Source of the DNA: a virus
Lineage: Duplodnaviria; Caudoviricetes
Strand: one strand, 5' to 3'
Virus record (IMG/VR): IMGVR_UViG_3300030430_003035
Location: 1 to 53,130 of that record
DNA length: 53,130 nucleotides
Shown here: positions 16,506-26,273 of the stretch, one piece after another
Numbering within the stretch: the first letter of the stretch is position 1
How the letters are laid out: each line of letters opens with the position of its first letter
Made by a program: the position numbers and the translations under genes
Notes under the pieces: generated by a model
What the model saw: the letters and a program-made list of their open reading frames with translations, nothing else
What the model was told of the DNA's origin: nothing
The model's database searches: none

Positions 16506-18938
16506 ATGAACACAGAATATAAAAACGGACAATCTTCATTTCCAGATCCTTTGGCCTCAACAAAGGAGAAGATGTGTCAGCCATACGGCCTTCAATATGC
16601 TAAGGCTATGTATGCTCAGTGGATTGGTAGTGATTATCAAAACTCTTTGTATGGAAGAAGAAACAGCGAGTTTGAGAGATGTAGAGATTACGCTCAAGGA
16701 ACTCAGGACACATCAATCTACAGACAAATATTAAACTCACTTAATCCAAATAACGGAGATGGAACTTTACTAACATTAGATTATACTCCAGTTCCTATTA
16801 TTCCAAAGTTTGTTAAGATTGTAGTAAATAAGATTCTATCAAGACAACCTTATCCACAGTTAGAGGCAATTGACCCTCTGTCAAAATCAGAAAAAGATAA
16901 AAAGAAAAACGCTACGATATTACGTATTGAGAATCGCGAAATGATAGAGGAAGCGAAGTCTCTTGGTTTAAAAGTAAAAAAAGACCCTGAATCCTTACCG
17001 GACACACCAGAGGAAACTGAGATATTCTTAGATACGAATATTAAAACAGATGCAGAGGTATCAGCACAAATTGCTACAGAGATGACCTTAAAGTGGAACG
17101 ATTTTAATCAGTCCATTTATCGTCGATGTGTTGAAGACCTATCAGTTTTAGGCATGGGTGTCGCTAAAAGAACTAACGACCCAAACTACGGAATCAAAGA
17201 AGAATACGTAGACCCAAAGAAGTTCTTGCATAATTTTACTGAAGACCCAAACTTCAATGACTTAACATACGCAGGTCACTTTAGACATATAACTATTATG
17301 GACCTAAAGCGTATTGCAGGTAATCAGTTTACAGAGGACGAGTATCGAGAGATTGCTAAAACCGTAATGAACAAGTACGGAAACAATCCAACTCAGTTCT
17401 CTACCACAGGTTCTACTTATGATAGACCGGGAACAAGATATCGTCAAGGGTATGACGAATACAAAATTGAAATACTTGACTTTGAGTTTATGTCTGTTGA
17501 TGACATTATATACGAAAAGAAAGAATCTGCTTACGGTAATATTGGTTTTTATTATAAAGGAAACGAATACAACGCACCTCAACAATCTGTTTATGATAGA
17601 GAGGCTGTTTATATGAAGAATGCAACAGTATATGGGGGCTGCTACATTATCGGAACAGAGCACTTATTTAACTATGGTCCAAAGAAAAATATTCCTAAGA
17701 ATGTTCATGATATATCTCGTGCACGTTTGTCTTACAGTATTGTAGCGACTAATATCAGAGGAATGATTCCAAAGTCTATGGTTTCCTCTGTAATAGGGTT
17801 TGCTGACATGCTTCAGATTACACACTTAAAAATTCAGCAGTCTATAGCCAAAGCAAAACCAGATGGTTTGATTATTGACATTGAAGGATTAGAGAATGTA
17901 CAATTAGGCCGAGGTGCAGAACTACAACCTCTTGAGATTCAAGACATATATGAACAAACTGGTGTGTTCTATTATCGTAGCAAAAACCCAGAGGGCGGAT
18001 TCCAAAATCCTCCTGTTCGTGAGATAGGTAATAGAATTAGAAACATACAAGAATTAGTTACTCTATATAACCACTATCTAAGAATGATTCGTGATGCTAC
18101 AGGAATCAACGAAGTAATGGACGGCACCACACCTAAAGGAGAAGCACTTGTTGGTGTAAATCAACTGGCGATTCAGGCAGGTAATAATGCTATATACGAC
18201 ATCACAAACGCAGCATTAGTTCTTTACAAAAAAGTATGTGACGATATAGTAAGATGTGTTCAGGTTATTCCATCGGAAAGCATTCTGTACAAAACGTATG
18301 CAAATGCAATAGGAGAAACCAACATGGCTGTGCTATCTTCTTTTGATAATCTATCCATGTACAACTTTGGTGTAATGGTGGTGACGGAGATGAATGATCA
18401 GGACAAGCAGTATCTTGAGCAAAACATTCAAATTGCACTCGGTCAAAAAGAAATAGACCTTGAGGACGCCATAGCGATTCGACAACTAAAAGATGTTGAT
18501 CAGGCAGAAAGATTATTGGTTGTTCGTCGCAAAAAGAGAATCAAGCAGGCACAGCAGCAAGCACAGCAGCAGGCTGAATTAACAGCACAAATAAATGCGC
18601 AGCAAAGTCAAACTTCTGCTCAAATGGAGATGCAGAAAAAACAGTTAGATGCGCAGATAGAAGCACAAAAAATACAATTAGAATCACAGGCAAAAGCCCA
18701 GTTGATTCAACTAGAATACCAGTTCAAGATTCAAATAGAAAAAATGAGAGGAGAGTTTGGTGTTGTAGAGCAACAGATAGAAAGCGGAAACAGAATGGCT
18801 ACCGAGCAGGAGGCAGAAAACAGAAAGGATCAGCGCATTAACAAACAAGCGTTGGCCCAAAGCAAACTGATAGCGCAGCGCAAAGGAGAAAGACCGCCGT
18901 TAGACCAAGATATAGTAACCAACCTAACCATAGATTAA
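16506..18938 (+). CDS. Portal protein
   Basis: ~810 aa after terL; PVPIIPKFVKIVVN and TGINE motifs; Q-rich C-terminal coiled coil. Confidence 0.88.
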   Translation: MNTEYKNGQSSFPDPLASTKEKMCQPYGLQYAKAMYAQWIGSDYQNSLYGRRNSEFERCRDYAQGTQDTSIYRQILNSLNPNNGDGTLLTLDYTPVPIIPKFVKIVVNKILSRQPYPQLEAIDPLSKSEKDKKKNATILRIENREMIEEAKSLGLKVKKDPESLPDTPEETEIFLDTNIKTDAEVSAQIATEMTLKWNDFNQSIYRRCVEDLSVLGMGVAKRTNDPNYGIKEEYVDPKKFLHNFTEDPNFNDLTYAGHFRHITIMDLKRIAGNQFTEDEYREIAKTVMNKYGNNPTQFSTTGSTYDRPGTRYRQGYDEYKIEILDFEFMSVDDIIYEKKESAYGNIGFYYKGNEYNAPQQSVYDREAVYMKNATVYGGCYIIGTEHLFNYGPKKNIPKNVHDISRARLSYSIVATNIRGMIPKSMVSSVIGFADMLQITHLKIQQSIAKAKPDGLIIDIEGLENVQLGRGAELQPLEIQDIYEQTGVFYYRSKNPEGGFQNPPVREIGNRIRNIQELVTLYNHYLRMIRDATGINEVMDGTTPKGEALVGVNQLAIQAGNNAIYDITNAALVLYKKVCDDIVRCVQVIPSESILYKTYANAIGETNMAVLSSFDNLSMYNFGVMVVTEMNDQDKQYLEQNIQIALGQKEIDLEDAIAIRQLKDVDQAERLLVVRRKKRIKQAQQQAQQQAELTAQINAQQSQTSAQMEMQKKQLDAQIEAQKIQLESQAKAQLIQLEYQFKIQIEKMRGEFGVVEQQIESGNRMATEQEAENRKDQRINKQALAQSKLIAQRKGERPPLDQDIVTNLTID

Positions 18939-18939
18939 A

Positions 18940-19347
18940 ATGTCGTGTTCATCTTCATCATGTTCAAAGAGTCCATGCACTTGTGAAAACGCAACCAACG
19001 TAAACCTAAATACAGCGGATAGAGTAAACGTATGCTGTAGAAGGGGAGATACTTTTGTATTAGAAGTAAACGTAAAGGATTCTGCAGGAGCCGCTCTTGA
19101 TGCTACATTATATTCATATAAAGTAGAGGTAAGAGAGTATGATGATGGACCAATAATTATAGCAAGCACAGCAGTTGCTACAACATCAACCTCAGCAGGA
19201 AAGGTTACCATTACTATTACGGCAGCAAACATGTTGGTAACTGCAGGAACTTATGTGTACGGACTTCAGGCAACTAAGACCTCAGACTCTACTGTAGAGA
19301 CTTGGATTTTTGGAACCTTTGAGGTAGTACAGGATATTGTACAATAA
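18940..19347 (+). CDS. Beta-sandwich virion protein (BppU-N-like) with Cys-rich N-terminus
   Basis: RRGDTF, GKVTITITA and GTYVYGLQ patterns. Confidence 0.55.
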   Translation: MSCSSSSCSKSPCTCENATNVNLNTADRVNVCCRRGDTFVLEVNVKDSAGAALDATLYSYKVEVREYDDGPIIIASTAVATTSTSAGKVTITITAANMLVTAGTYVYGLQATKTSDSTVETWIFGTFEVVQDIVQ

Positions 19348-20543
19348 TGCCGAACAAAAGCGTAGATATTATAAGACCCGATACAGCATCGGTGGATTTA
19401 AAATTATCAAGCGTTGCGTCTGTTAATTTTTCCCTAACAGCAACCCCGTCTGTAAATGTAACTGTAAAGAATACAGACACCCCTTTGTTTGCTCCTGTAA
19501 TAAACGGAGTGCCAACTGTTTCGGGAGTGATTAGAGTAGGACAGACACTAACCGCTAACGCTGTTTCTGTTAGTGCAAATCCGGCGAGCACCAGAGTGTT
19601 TAGATGGGAGCGTAGTGATAACGGAACAACCGGTTGGACTACAATACAGGATTCTAGCACATATACAATACAAACTGCAGATGAACTAAAATACATAAGA
19701 GTTGCACAGCGTGAAACTAACTCACAAGGAACAACTATAGCAAATTCAGCAAGTACCTCTCAAGTTCCCGCCTATACTTTCTTGTTAGATTCTTTTGCAA
19801 CAAATGTATCAACTGCTTTTTCTTTAAGAAAACTAAGAGCATCATATTCTGGGGACTGTATTCAGGTTACTAAAAATGGTTCTGATTTTCAAAATATAGG
19901 GTTTAGTAATAATGTATTAGACACTTCTTCATTACAAACTTTTGCAGGAAGTGACAGTGTATATGTTTCAAAAATATATGACCAATCTGGCACAGGCTCT
20001 GCAAATAATTTAGAGCAGTCTACTTTTTCAGCAATGCCTAAAATATGGGACAGTTCAAGTGGATTAATAACAAGAAACAATAATCCCTCTATAGAAATGG
20101 ATGGGTCTTCGTTTTTAGAAATGCAAAGCGAGATTACTCAAACCGATGACCTCGCTGTGTTTACAATAGGGTTTGCAACATCAGCGGGTAGGTATTTTGA
20201 CTCAAGTGACCAAACCACACATCTTGCAATACAATCAAGCAGTCTTGATGTAACATTCTCGAGCACACGTAAAACACAAGCACTGTCTAATGACGGGTTA
20301 AACAACCAGTATATATGGTGGGTGTGTAGAGACACAGGAATTATTAGAGGTAGAAGAAACTCAACTGAATATTCAACTATAGGTAGCGGAACAGTGTCCG
20401 GTAGTGCTAAGTTTAAAACCTGGGGTAGTGGTAATCAGTTTTTTAACGGAGATATACAAGAAATGATTTTTTACTCAGCACATAAAAAAGACGATGCTGC
20501 CGCTATAATAACAGAGATTAACGGTTTTTACTTCGTGTTTTAA
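19347..20543 (+). CDS. Fibre or receptor-binding protein (Ig-like plus LamG/ConA-like domain)
   Basis: PTVSG..VGQTLTA..FRWER Ig-like repeat; AFSLRKL, YDQSG and FNGDIQEMIFY motifs. Confidence 0.68.
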   Translation: MPNKSVDIIRPDTASVDLKLSSVASVNFSLTATPSVNVTVKNTDTPLFAPVINGVPTVSGVIRVGQTLTANAVSVSANPASTRVFRWERSDNGTTGWTTIQDSSTYTIQTADELKYIRVAQRETNSQGTTIANSASTSQVPAYTFLLDSFATNVSTAFSLRKLRASYSGDCIQVTKNGSDFQNIGFSNNVLDTSSLQTFAGSDSVYVSKIYDQSGTGSANNLEQSTFSAMPKIWDSSSGLITRNNNPSIEMDGSSFLEMQSEITQTDDLAVFTIGFATSAGRYFDSSDQTTHLAIQSSSLDVTFSSTRKTQALSNDGLNNQYIWWVCRDTGIIRGRRNSTEYSTIGSGTVSGSAKFKTWGSGNQFFNGDIQEMIFYSAHKKDDAAAIITEINGFYFVF

Positions 20544-20571
20544 CGCGATACATTTCAAGTTTTTAATACTG

Positions 20572-20579
20572 TATATTTG
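20572..20579 (+). promoter_or_regulatory. TAnnTTTG promoter box, 4 nt before ATG
   Basis: TATATTTG-TATT-ATG. Confidence 0.7.
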
Positions 20580-20583
20580 TATT

Positions 20584-20877
20584 ATGTCAGAAAGCAGATA
20601 TAAAAACTTACTTAAGAGGTATAACTTAAAAGGTTTTAATAAACCTAAACGCACTCCAGATCATCCAAAAAAATCTCACATTGTTGCAGCCAAAGTAGGC
20701 GACAAGGTTAAGATTATTCGATTTGGGCAGCAAGGAGCAGAAACTGCGGGTAAACCTAAAAAGGGAGAGTCTGAAAGAATGAAAAAGAAAAGAGCGTCTT
20801 TTAAGGCACGTCACAGAAAGAATATAAAAAAGGGAAAAATGTCCGCAGCGTATTGGGCGAACTTAGTTAAGTGGTAA
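20584..20877 (+). CDS. Conserved basic phage protein (IRFGQQG...SFKARH...AAYWA)
   Basis: Motifs of a widespread small basic phage protein family. Confidence 0.8.
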   Translation: MSESRYKNLLKRYNLKGFNKPKRTPDHPKKSHIVAAKVGDKVKIIRFGQQGAETAGKPKKGESERMKKKRASFKARHRKNIKKGKMSAAYWANLVKW

Positions 20878-21716
20878 TGAGAAAGGTGTATAGACATGGA
20901 GGAATGCATGAAGGCGAAGAGCCTGTGCGGTCAAGTATGTTTACAAACGTTGTAAGAAATATATTGCCTATACCTCTACCCGCAGCACAAGCGGCAGCAA
21001 GTAAAATAACAGGAGACACTTCTTTTGGCTTTGCCGATGCGCCTCAAGCAGTTCAAGATGAAGTTGCCCTTAGTGTAATCAATGCTAGAAAGAGAACAGG
21101 ACAAGACAGGGGAGGAACAGAGTACATCGACTACAGCGAAGAAATAGACAGAGACATAAACAGCCTTAGCCCTAATGTTTTAAATGCCGCAATAGCCTCT
21201 GTAAAATCCCCAGACTTTAGAGCAGCAACAACCTTTGGTAGAGTATCTTATTCATACGATCCTGATACAGACACTTACAGTGTATTTGATTCTTATGACT
21301 TCTCTCCAATTAAAGGAGATGTATCAACAGCGTACGGAAAAGCAAGAAAGGTTTTGGGTGGCGGTGAAGAGGGAGAAGCCAAACTTATAGGAACGTTTAA
21401 GGGAAGCGACTATGAAGACGTAAAGAGTTCTAAAGATTACGGCGATATAAAAAGATTTATGTCAGAGTTAGCCTCATATTTTAAAAACACTCCACCTACT
21501 AAAACACGTATGAACTTTAAGAAAGGAGGTAAATCAAAAAAATACCGCTCAAGAGTAAATGAGGCGGGAAACTATACTAAACCAAAAATGCGTAAGCGTT
21601 TATTTAAAAGAATAATGGCAGGCAGTAAGGGTGGTAGGCCAGGACAATGGTCTGCACGAAAAGCACAGATGCTTGCAAAAGCATATAAAGCCGCAGGAGG
21701 GGGTTATAGAAACTAA
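20877..21716 (+). CDS. Modular protein with C-terminal DUF5872-like half (YTKP...GGRPGQWSARKAQ...GGGY)
   Basis: Recognisable GQWSARKAQ motif; modules bounded by YRHGG and FKKGG. Confidence 0.75.
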   Translation: MRKVYRHGGMHEGEEPVRSSMFTNVVRNILPIPLPAAQAAASKITGDTSFGFADAPQAVQDEVALSVINARKRTGQDRGGTEYIDYSEEIDRDINSLSPNVLNAAIASVKSPDFRAATTFGRVSYSYDPDTDTYSVFDSYDFSPIKGDVSTAYGKARKVLGGGEEGEAKLIGTFKGSDYEDVKSSKDYGDIKRFMSELASYFKNTPPTKTRMNFKKGGKSKKYRSRVNEAGNYTKPKMRKRLFKRIMAGSKGGRPGQWSARKAQMLAKAYKAAGGGYRN

Positions 21717-21964
21717 TGTCTGGCCATAAAAAATCACAAAAATCCCTAAGAGATTGGACTAAGCAAAACTGGAGAACAGGAAGTGGAAAGGAGAGCCTTA
21801 AAACAGGACAACCCTACTTTCCGGCAGCAGCAGTTGCTGCATTAAAAAAAGCAGGTCTGTACGCTAAAGCAACAAGACAGAAGAGGGCGGCAATGAAAAA
21901 GGGAAAGCAATTTGCTAGATACTCTCCTGATATACAAAAGATAGTAAAGCGTTATAGAAGTTAA
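21716..21964 (+). CDS. Basic protein, second DUF5872-like half (QKSLRDWTKQNWRT)
   Basis: SLxxWTxQxWxT and YFP motifs. Confidence 0.7.
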   Translation: MSGHKKSQKSLRDWTKQNWRTGSGKESLKTGQPYFPAAAVAALKKAGLYAKATRQKRAAMKKGKQFARYSPDIQKIVKRYRS

Positions 21965-22024
21965 TATTCTCACTTGAGTATACCTTATAAACATTTTTTA
22001 AATTTGCATTAGAAAGAGATAGTT

Positions 22025-22252
22025 ATGGCATCAGCAACATTACCATATAAAGTGATAGTAACCAATAAAAGATTAGACAGCACTGCAGGAGCAGGTATGT
22101 CTTCTTTTGATTTTTTGTCTTTAGTAGATGCTACTGCTTTTGGAACAAAACTAAAAACTGAATTTTCGAATGCATTCGTATATGTTTGGAATGGTGCGGA
22201 TAATCAGTTAACGGAGTATAGAGGCGACACTGGCGCTGTAACTGTTTTTTAA
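22025..22252 (+). CDS. Small protein, paralog 1
   Basis: Strong similarity to 22255-22467; TAAATTTG box at 21999-22006. Confidence 0.75.
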   Translation: MASATLPYKVIVTNKRLDSTAGAGMSSFDFLSLVDATAFGTKLKTEFSNAFVYVWNGADNQLTEYRGDTGAVTVF

Positions 22253-22254
22253 TA

Positions 22255-22467
22255 ATGGCATCAGGAATATTACCATACAAAGTAATTGTTTCAAATAAAC
22301 CTCTGTCAACTACAGCGGGTGCAGGAGAGGCAGGTCTTGAGTTTCTTAGTTTAGAAGACGCCAAGGCATTCGCAGTAAAATTAAGAGATAATTTTGCTCA
22401 AGCAAGAGTCTATATATGGGATGGGTTCTCTGGAGAAATAATAAAATACGAACAATCAGGAGATTAA
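22255..22467 (+). CDS. Small protein, paralog 2
   Basis: MASxxLPYKVIVxNKxLxxTAGAG...FLSLxDAxAF...VYxWxG shared with paralog 1. Confidence 0.75.
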   Translation: MASGILPYKVIVSNKPLSTTAGAGEAGLEFLSLEDAKAFAVKLRDNFAQARVYIWDGFSGEIIKYEQSGD

Positions 22468-22477
22468 ATTAGAAAAA

Positions 22478-23161
22478 ATGGAACACAAGTTAAAGGAAAT
22501 GTACAGATCTGGAGGATTGATGAAGGCACTCCTGAAAGACCCGAAGCAAAGAAAAATGGCCGAAGACATTCTTGGAAAAGCAGAAATGGGAATGAAAGTG
22601 TTTGGTCATGGCGGCACACACGGCAAAGGGCCGATGAAGTACCGGATGGGTGGAATGTACGACAAAATGGCCATGGGCGGAATGCAGGAAAAAATGGCTA
22701 TGGGTGGAATGCAGAAAAAAATGCCTATGGGCGGAATGCAAGACAAGATGGCCATGGGAGGAATGCAAGACAAGATGGCTATGGGCGGAATGAAGATGTA
22801 CGGTCATGGTGGAATGCACATGTACGGCCATGGTGGAATGCACGACAATGATGGTGAGCCTGTTTCCGAACTAACAGAAATGGAGACTGAAAGAATAGTT
22901 AAAAACCCAACCAATATGGGGTTTGAATTCGTAGGTCAAGATTATCTTGAGCAATTACCAGAAACCATTAAAGAGCCACGCGATTTACTTAGATTCTTTG
23001 TAGTAAAAGAAGCCGCTCGTCTATTAGACGGAGTTGATGGTATTAGTACGAGAGGCATGAAGCCGCAGGATATTTTAAACGCTGCTCGTCAAAAAGGCAT
23101 TAATCCATTGACCTCTGCACGCGAATTGTTTGACATAGAAATGGATAAACGTAGCAAATAA
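22478..23161 (+). CDS. Met/Gly-rich repeat protein (KMAMGGMQ repeats), likely internal head protein
   Basis: Tandem 9-aa and 8-aa repeats. Confidence 0.75.
   Translation: MEHKLKEMYRSGGLMKALLKDPKQRKMAEDILGKAEMGMKVFGHGGTHGKGPMKYRMGGMYDKMAMGGMQEKMAMGGMQKKMPMGGMQDKMAMGGMQDKMAMGGMKMYGHGGMHMYGHGGMHDNDGEPVSELTEMETERIVKNPTNMGFEFVGQDYLEQLPETIKEPRDLLRFFVVKEAARLLDGVDGISTRGMKPQDILNAARQKGINPLTSARELFDIEMDKRSK
22637..22842 (+). repeat. Coding tandem repeats with 27-bp and 24-bp units
   Basis: Units like aaaatggccatgggcggaatgcaggaa (about 5 copies), then atgtacggYcatggtggaatgcac twice. Confidence 0.85.
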
Positions 23162-23183
23162 TTTAAGTGTTACAGCGATAAAT

Positions 23184-23212
23184 AAAAAAGGGGGCCGTTA
23201 AGCCCCCTTCTT
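23184..23212. terminator. Intrinsic terminator between convergent genes
   Basis: AAGGGGGC-CGTTAA-GCCCCCTT with U-tract on the minus strand. Confidence 0.8.
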
Positions 23213-23215
23213 CGT

Positions 23216-23509
23216 TTATAATCGCGAAATGGTTGTTGTTTCTCTTCGCCCGTACCAAACGTTGTATATGATTCTCCAATGCTCGAAGTAGTAGACCTTG
23301 CTCCTTCCGTCCTTATCCTCTATAATCCTGTGGGGATTATTTAGATTCATTTCTTTAGGAAGGTCAACATAGTCAATGTGAACAATGGTGTCCCCAGGAA
23401 AAGGAATTGTCAATCTGTACTCGTATCCTTCTGCAAAATCAAGGATACTTTCTTGTGCGTTTGCCGCTACTCCAGAAAGGAGTAGTAGGCTGAAAATTAA
23501 GTTTCTCAT
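23216..23509 (-). CDS. Secreted or periplasmic protein, counter-oriented moron
   Basis: Sec signal MRNLIFSLLLLSGVAANA/Q; Gln at +1 is typical of Bacteroidetes. Confidence 0.7.
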   Translation of the reverse strand: MRNLIFSLLLLSGVAANAQESILDFAEGYEYRLTIPFPGDTIVHIDYVDLPKEMNLNNPHRIIEDKDGRSKVYYFEHWRIIYNVWYGRRETTTISRL

Positions 23510-23590
23510 AATAAATCGGTTAAATGTTTCACTGCCTCAATAGTAGAAATTCTTTTTTAATTTTGCAACTATATATTAAATTTTTTTCAA

Positions 23591-24775
23591 ATGAGTAAGG
23601 TAGAATCAAGTATGGAACAGGCTATTCAGGATGCAGGATTTAGCATATCTGATACTCCACCGGGAGCAGAACCTCAACCAACTCAACAGGCAGAACCACA
23701 GCAACAAACTGAGGCACAGCCACTACAAGAAAACGCGCCTGAACCAAGCGCAACTGAGGTGCAAGCGGAGCCCGCTGTATCTCAACAAGAGGTTCAACAA
23801 AATGATGCTCAAACACAAGAGCCCATTCAAGCAAAAGAGCCTGCGCAAGAGCAAGCACCCGTGCAAGAACAAGCGGCTGTGCAAGAGCAAAGTTCTTTGA
23901 ATAATGAAGTTGAATCGGGATTAGAGGATTTCTTTTCTACGCTTAGTGAATCAGCGAATGCGCCTAGTAAAGAACCTATAGAATCTCAAGACACTATACC
24001 TGCAACAGAACTTGACCCAAGAATTCAAGTTATTGCTGACTTCGTCGAGAAGACCGGGCGTTCACCCGAAGATTGGTTTCGCTATCAGTCATTAGACCCA
24101 TCCGAAATGGATGATCGTACTGTAATGCGTGTACACATGGCGAGTGAATATCCATCGTTAGGTAATGATGAGATTGATTTATTAATCAAGTCTAAATACC
24201 AGAACGACTCTTCAGTGTACAGCGAGGAAGAAGTAAGGCTTGCAAACTTGCAGTTAAAAATTGATGCACAGAAGGCCAGAGAAAGTATTGGTGAACTTAG
24301 AAATGAGTACACCTCACCTGTTCAGCAACCTTCACAAACGTCACCAGAGGAAATTGATAATCCTTTTGATGATAATTGGATGGCTACAAACTCAAAGTCA
24401 CTTGGAGAGTTAGGCGAAATTGCCTTTGAACTACCAAATGGACGTTCGTTTAATTATGGCGTATCCCAAGATTATCGAAATACTTTATCAAAAGAGAATG
24501 GCGACATGACTTCGTTCTTTGATAAGTATGTGGACAACGCAGGAGAATGGGACCACGACCTTTGGAACATGCACAGAACTGTTACGGATAATCTCCCTAA
24601 CATTTTACAGAGCATATACCAACAGGGATTAAGTGATGGACAGCGCACAATCGTAGAGCGTGCAGCAAACATTGACCCGCAAGCACCACAGACTAACACA
24701 GAGCCAAGTCAACAGGACTCTGTAGCGCAACAAGTAATGGATGCGCTCGGACGACCACAAATGTTTTTAAAATAA
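23591..24775 (+). CDS. Capsid scaffolding-like protein
   Basis: Acidic, Q/E/P low-complexity N-terminus, directly upstream of MCP; TAATTTTG box at 23558-23565. Confidence 0.7.
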   Translation: MSKVESSMEQAIQDAGFSISDTPPGAEPQPTQQAEPQQQTEAQPLQENAPEPSATEVQAEPAVSQQEVQQNDAQTQEPIQAKEPAQEQAPVQEQAAVQEQSSLNNEVESGLEDFFSTLSESANAPSKEPIESQDTIPATELDPRIQVIADFVEKTGRSPEDWFRYQSLDPSEMDDRTVMRVHMASEYPSLGNDEIDLLIKSKYQNDSSVYSEEEVRLANLQLKIDAQKARESIGELRNEYTSPVQQPSQTSPEEIDNPFDDNWMATNSKSLGELGEIAFELPNGRSFNYGVSQDYRNTLSKENGDMTSFFDKYVDNAGEWDHDLWNMHRTVTDNLPNILQSIYQQGLSDGQRTIVERAANIDPQAPQTNTEPSQQDSVAQQVMDALGRPQMFLK

Positions 24776-24797
24776 TAATGCTATAAAATAAATAGAC

Positions 24798-26210
24798 ATG
24801 GCAATAGCGACAGGACAACCTCCAGTTTTTAATGGAGGAAAAGATGCGGTATTCCGCAGATTAGACCCGGCGAAATATTCTTCGTTGGCAGATTTCATTG
24901 ACGAAATCAACGCACCTGACAACCGTGACCAATTGGTTAAAACATACGGTTATCAGCAAATCTCAGGGGGCCTTACGGGGTTTCTAAGCCTTACCGGCGC
25001 CGTACGCGCAAGCGGTACAAACGATGAGATTCAATACTGGGAAGAAACCCGTTTACACTCTACGGCTGCAGTTAAATTAGACGCAACAGCAGCGTCAACT
25101 GCTACCACTTTAACTTTAAAGAAAGCAACATCTGATGCTTCTGTATTGCGTTTAAATGATGTAGTGCTTCTTACTGACAAAGATGGAACCGCGAAATTCA
25201 GTGGCGACAAGCGCGCAATTGTTACAGCGATTTCTCCAACAGGTGAAATTGCTCACAACGCTACAGCAGATTACACAGTTGAACTTCTTAACGGTAATCT
25301 TGGTGCTACCGCAGCGACTTCTAATCTTACAATTCCAGTAATCGGTAACTTGTTTGCACAAGGATCTGATCAAAACACTGGTTACTTAGAGTCAAACGTA
25401 ATTAAGCGCACTAACCCTTATATGATTGTCAAAGAGGTATTCAAGGTTACAGGTTCTCAAGCAACCAATGTTGGTTGGGTTAATGTAGGTAACGGAGACT
25501 ACCGTTGGTACGTAAAAGGAGAAATGGACACTCGTGCTCGTTTCTTAGACAAGCGTGAAATGATGATGCTTCTTGGACAAACAGTAGGAAACACACTAAC
25601 TGGTGTAGGTGCTAATGTAACAAGCAGCGAAGGTTACTTCTCTGCAATTGAAGACCGTGGTATCGTATCAGATAAAGTGAACGACTTTGCTGATTTGCAA
25701 GCAATAATCGAAGAACTTGACAAGCAAGGTGCTGCTCCAGAGTATGCTATGTACGTAAATACTTCGCAAGCGATTGCAATCGACGACATGGTGGCTTCAT
25801 TAAATGGTGCAGCAGGTTTTGCTACTGGTGGCGTTACAAGTGGTCTTAGTGCATTCGGTGGACGTGGAGAGGAACTTGGTTTCGATTCATTTAAGCGTGG
25901 CGGATATACTTTCCATAAAAAATCTTGGAAGTTACTGAACGACCCAACATTGTTAGGTCAATCCGCTCTATTCCACGGAGCAATGATTCCATTAACCACT
26001 GTAGTTGATCCTAAAACAGGAACTCGTGCAGCGGCATTGGAAATGAACTACAAAGACACTAACGGTTACAGCCGTGAAATGGAGCACTGGATGACAGGTT
26101 CTATTTTAGGAGTAAACAACGCAAACACAGACGACTTACAGTTTAACTATCGTTCTGAGTGCGCATTGGTAACTCGTGCAGCAAACCAACACATTCTTCT
26201 TAAAGAATAG
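24798..26210 (+). CDS. Major capsid protein
   Basis: 470 aa; YWEETRLH, VTGSQA, WY.KGE.DTR.RF, EG.F and LGFDSF.RG.YTF motifs; followed by strong terminator. Confidence 0.88.
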   Translation: MAIATGQPPVFNGGKDAVFRRLDPAKYSSLADFIDEINAPDNRDQLVKTYGYQQISGGLTGFLSLTGAVRASGTNDEIQYWEETRLHSTAAVKLDATAASTATTLTLKKATSDASVLRLNDVVLLTDKDGTAKFSGDKRAIVTAISPTGEIAHNATADYTVELLNGNLGATAATSNLTIPVIGNLFAQGSDQNTGYLESNVIKRTNPYMIVKEVFKVTGSQATNVGWVNVGNGDYRWYVKGEMDTRARFLDKREMMMLLGQTVGNTLTGVGANVTSSEGYFSAIEDRGIVSDKVNDFADLQAIIEELDKQGAAPEYAMYVNTSQAIAIDDMVASLNGAAGFATGGVTSGLSAFGGRGEELGFDSFKRGGYTFHKKSWKLLNDPTLLGQSALFHGAMIPLTTVVDPKTGTRAAALEMNYKDTNGYSREMEHWMTGSILGVNNANTDDLQFNYRSECALVTRAANQHILLKE

Positions 26211-26222
26211 TAACAACTTATT

Positions 26223-26252
26223 GGAGGGAGGCGTTGCCTCTCTCCTTTTTTT
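26223..26252 (+). terminator. Intrinsic terminator after MCP
   Basis: GGAGGGAGGC-GTT-GCCTCTCTCC-T7. Confidence 0.88.
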
Positions 26253-26273
26253 AATTTTTTAATTTTATTTATA

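Noticed and set aside
22637-22842. CRISPR array
   Set aside because: Repeats are contiguous, in-frame and have no unique spacers; no cas genes seen
22490-22843. His-rich minus-strand ORF
   Set aside because: Antisense shadow of the ATG-rich MGG repeats
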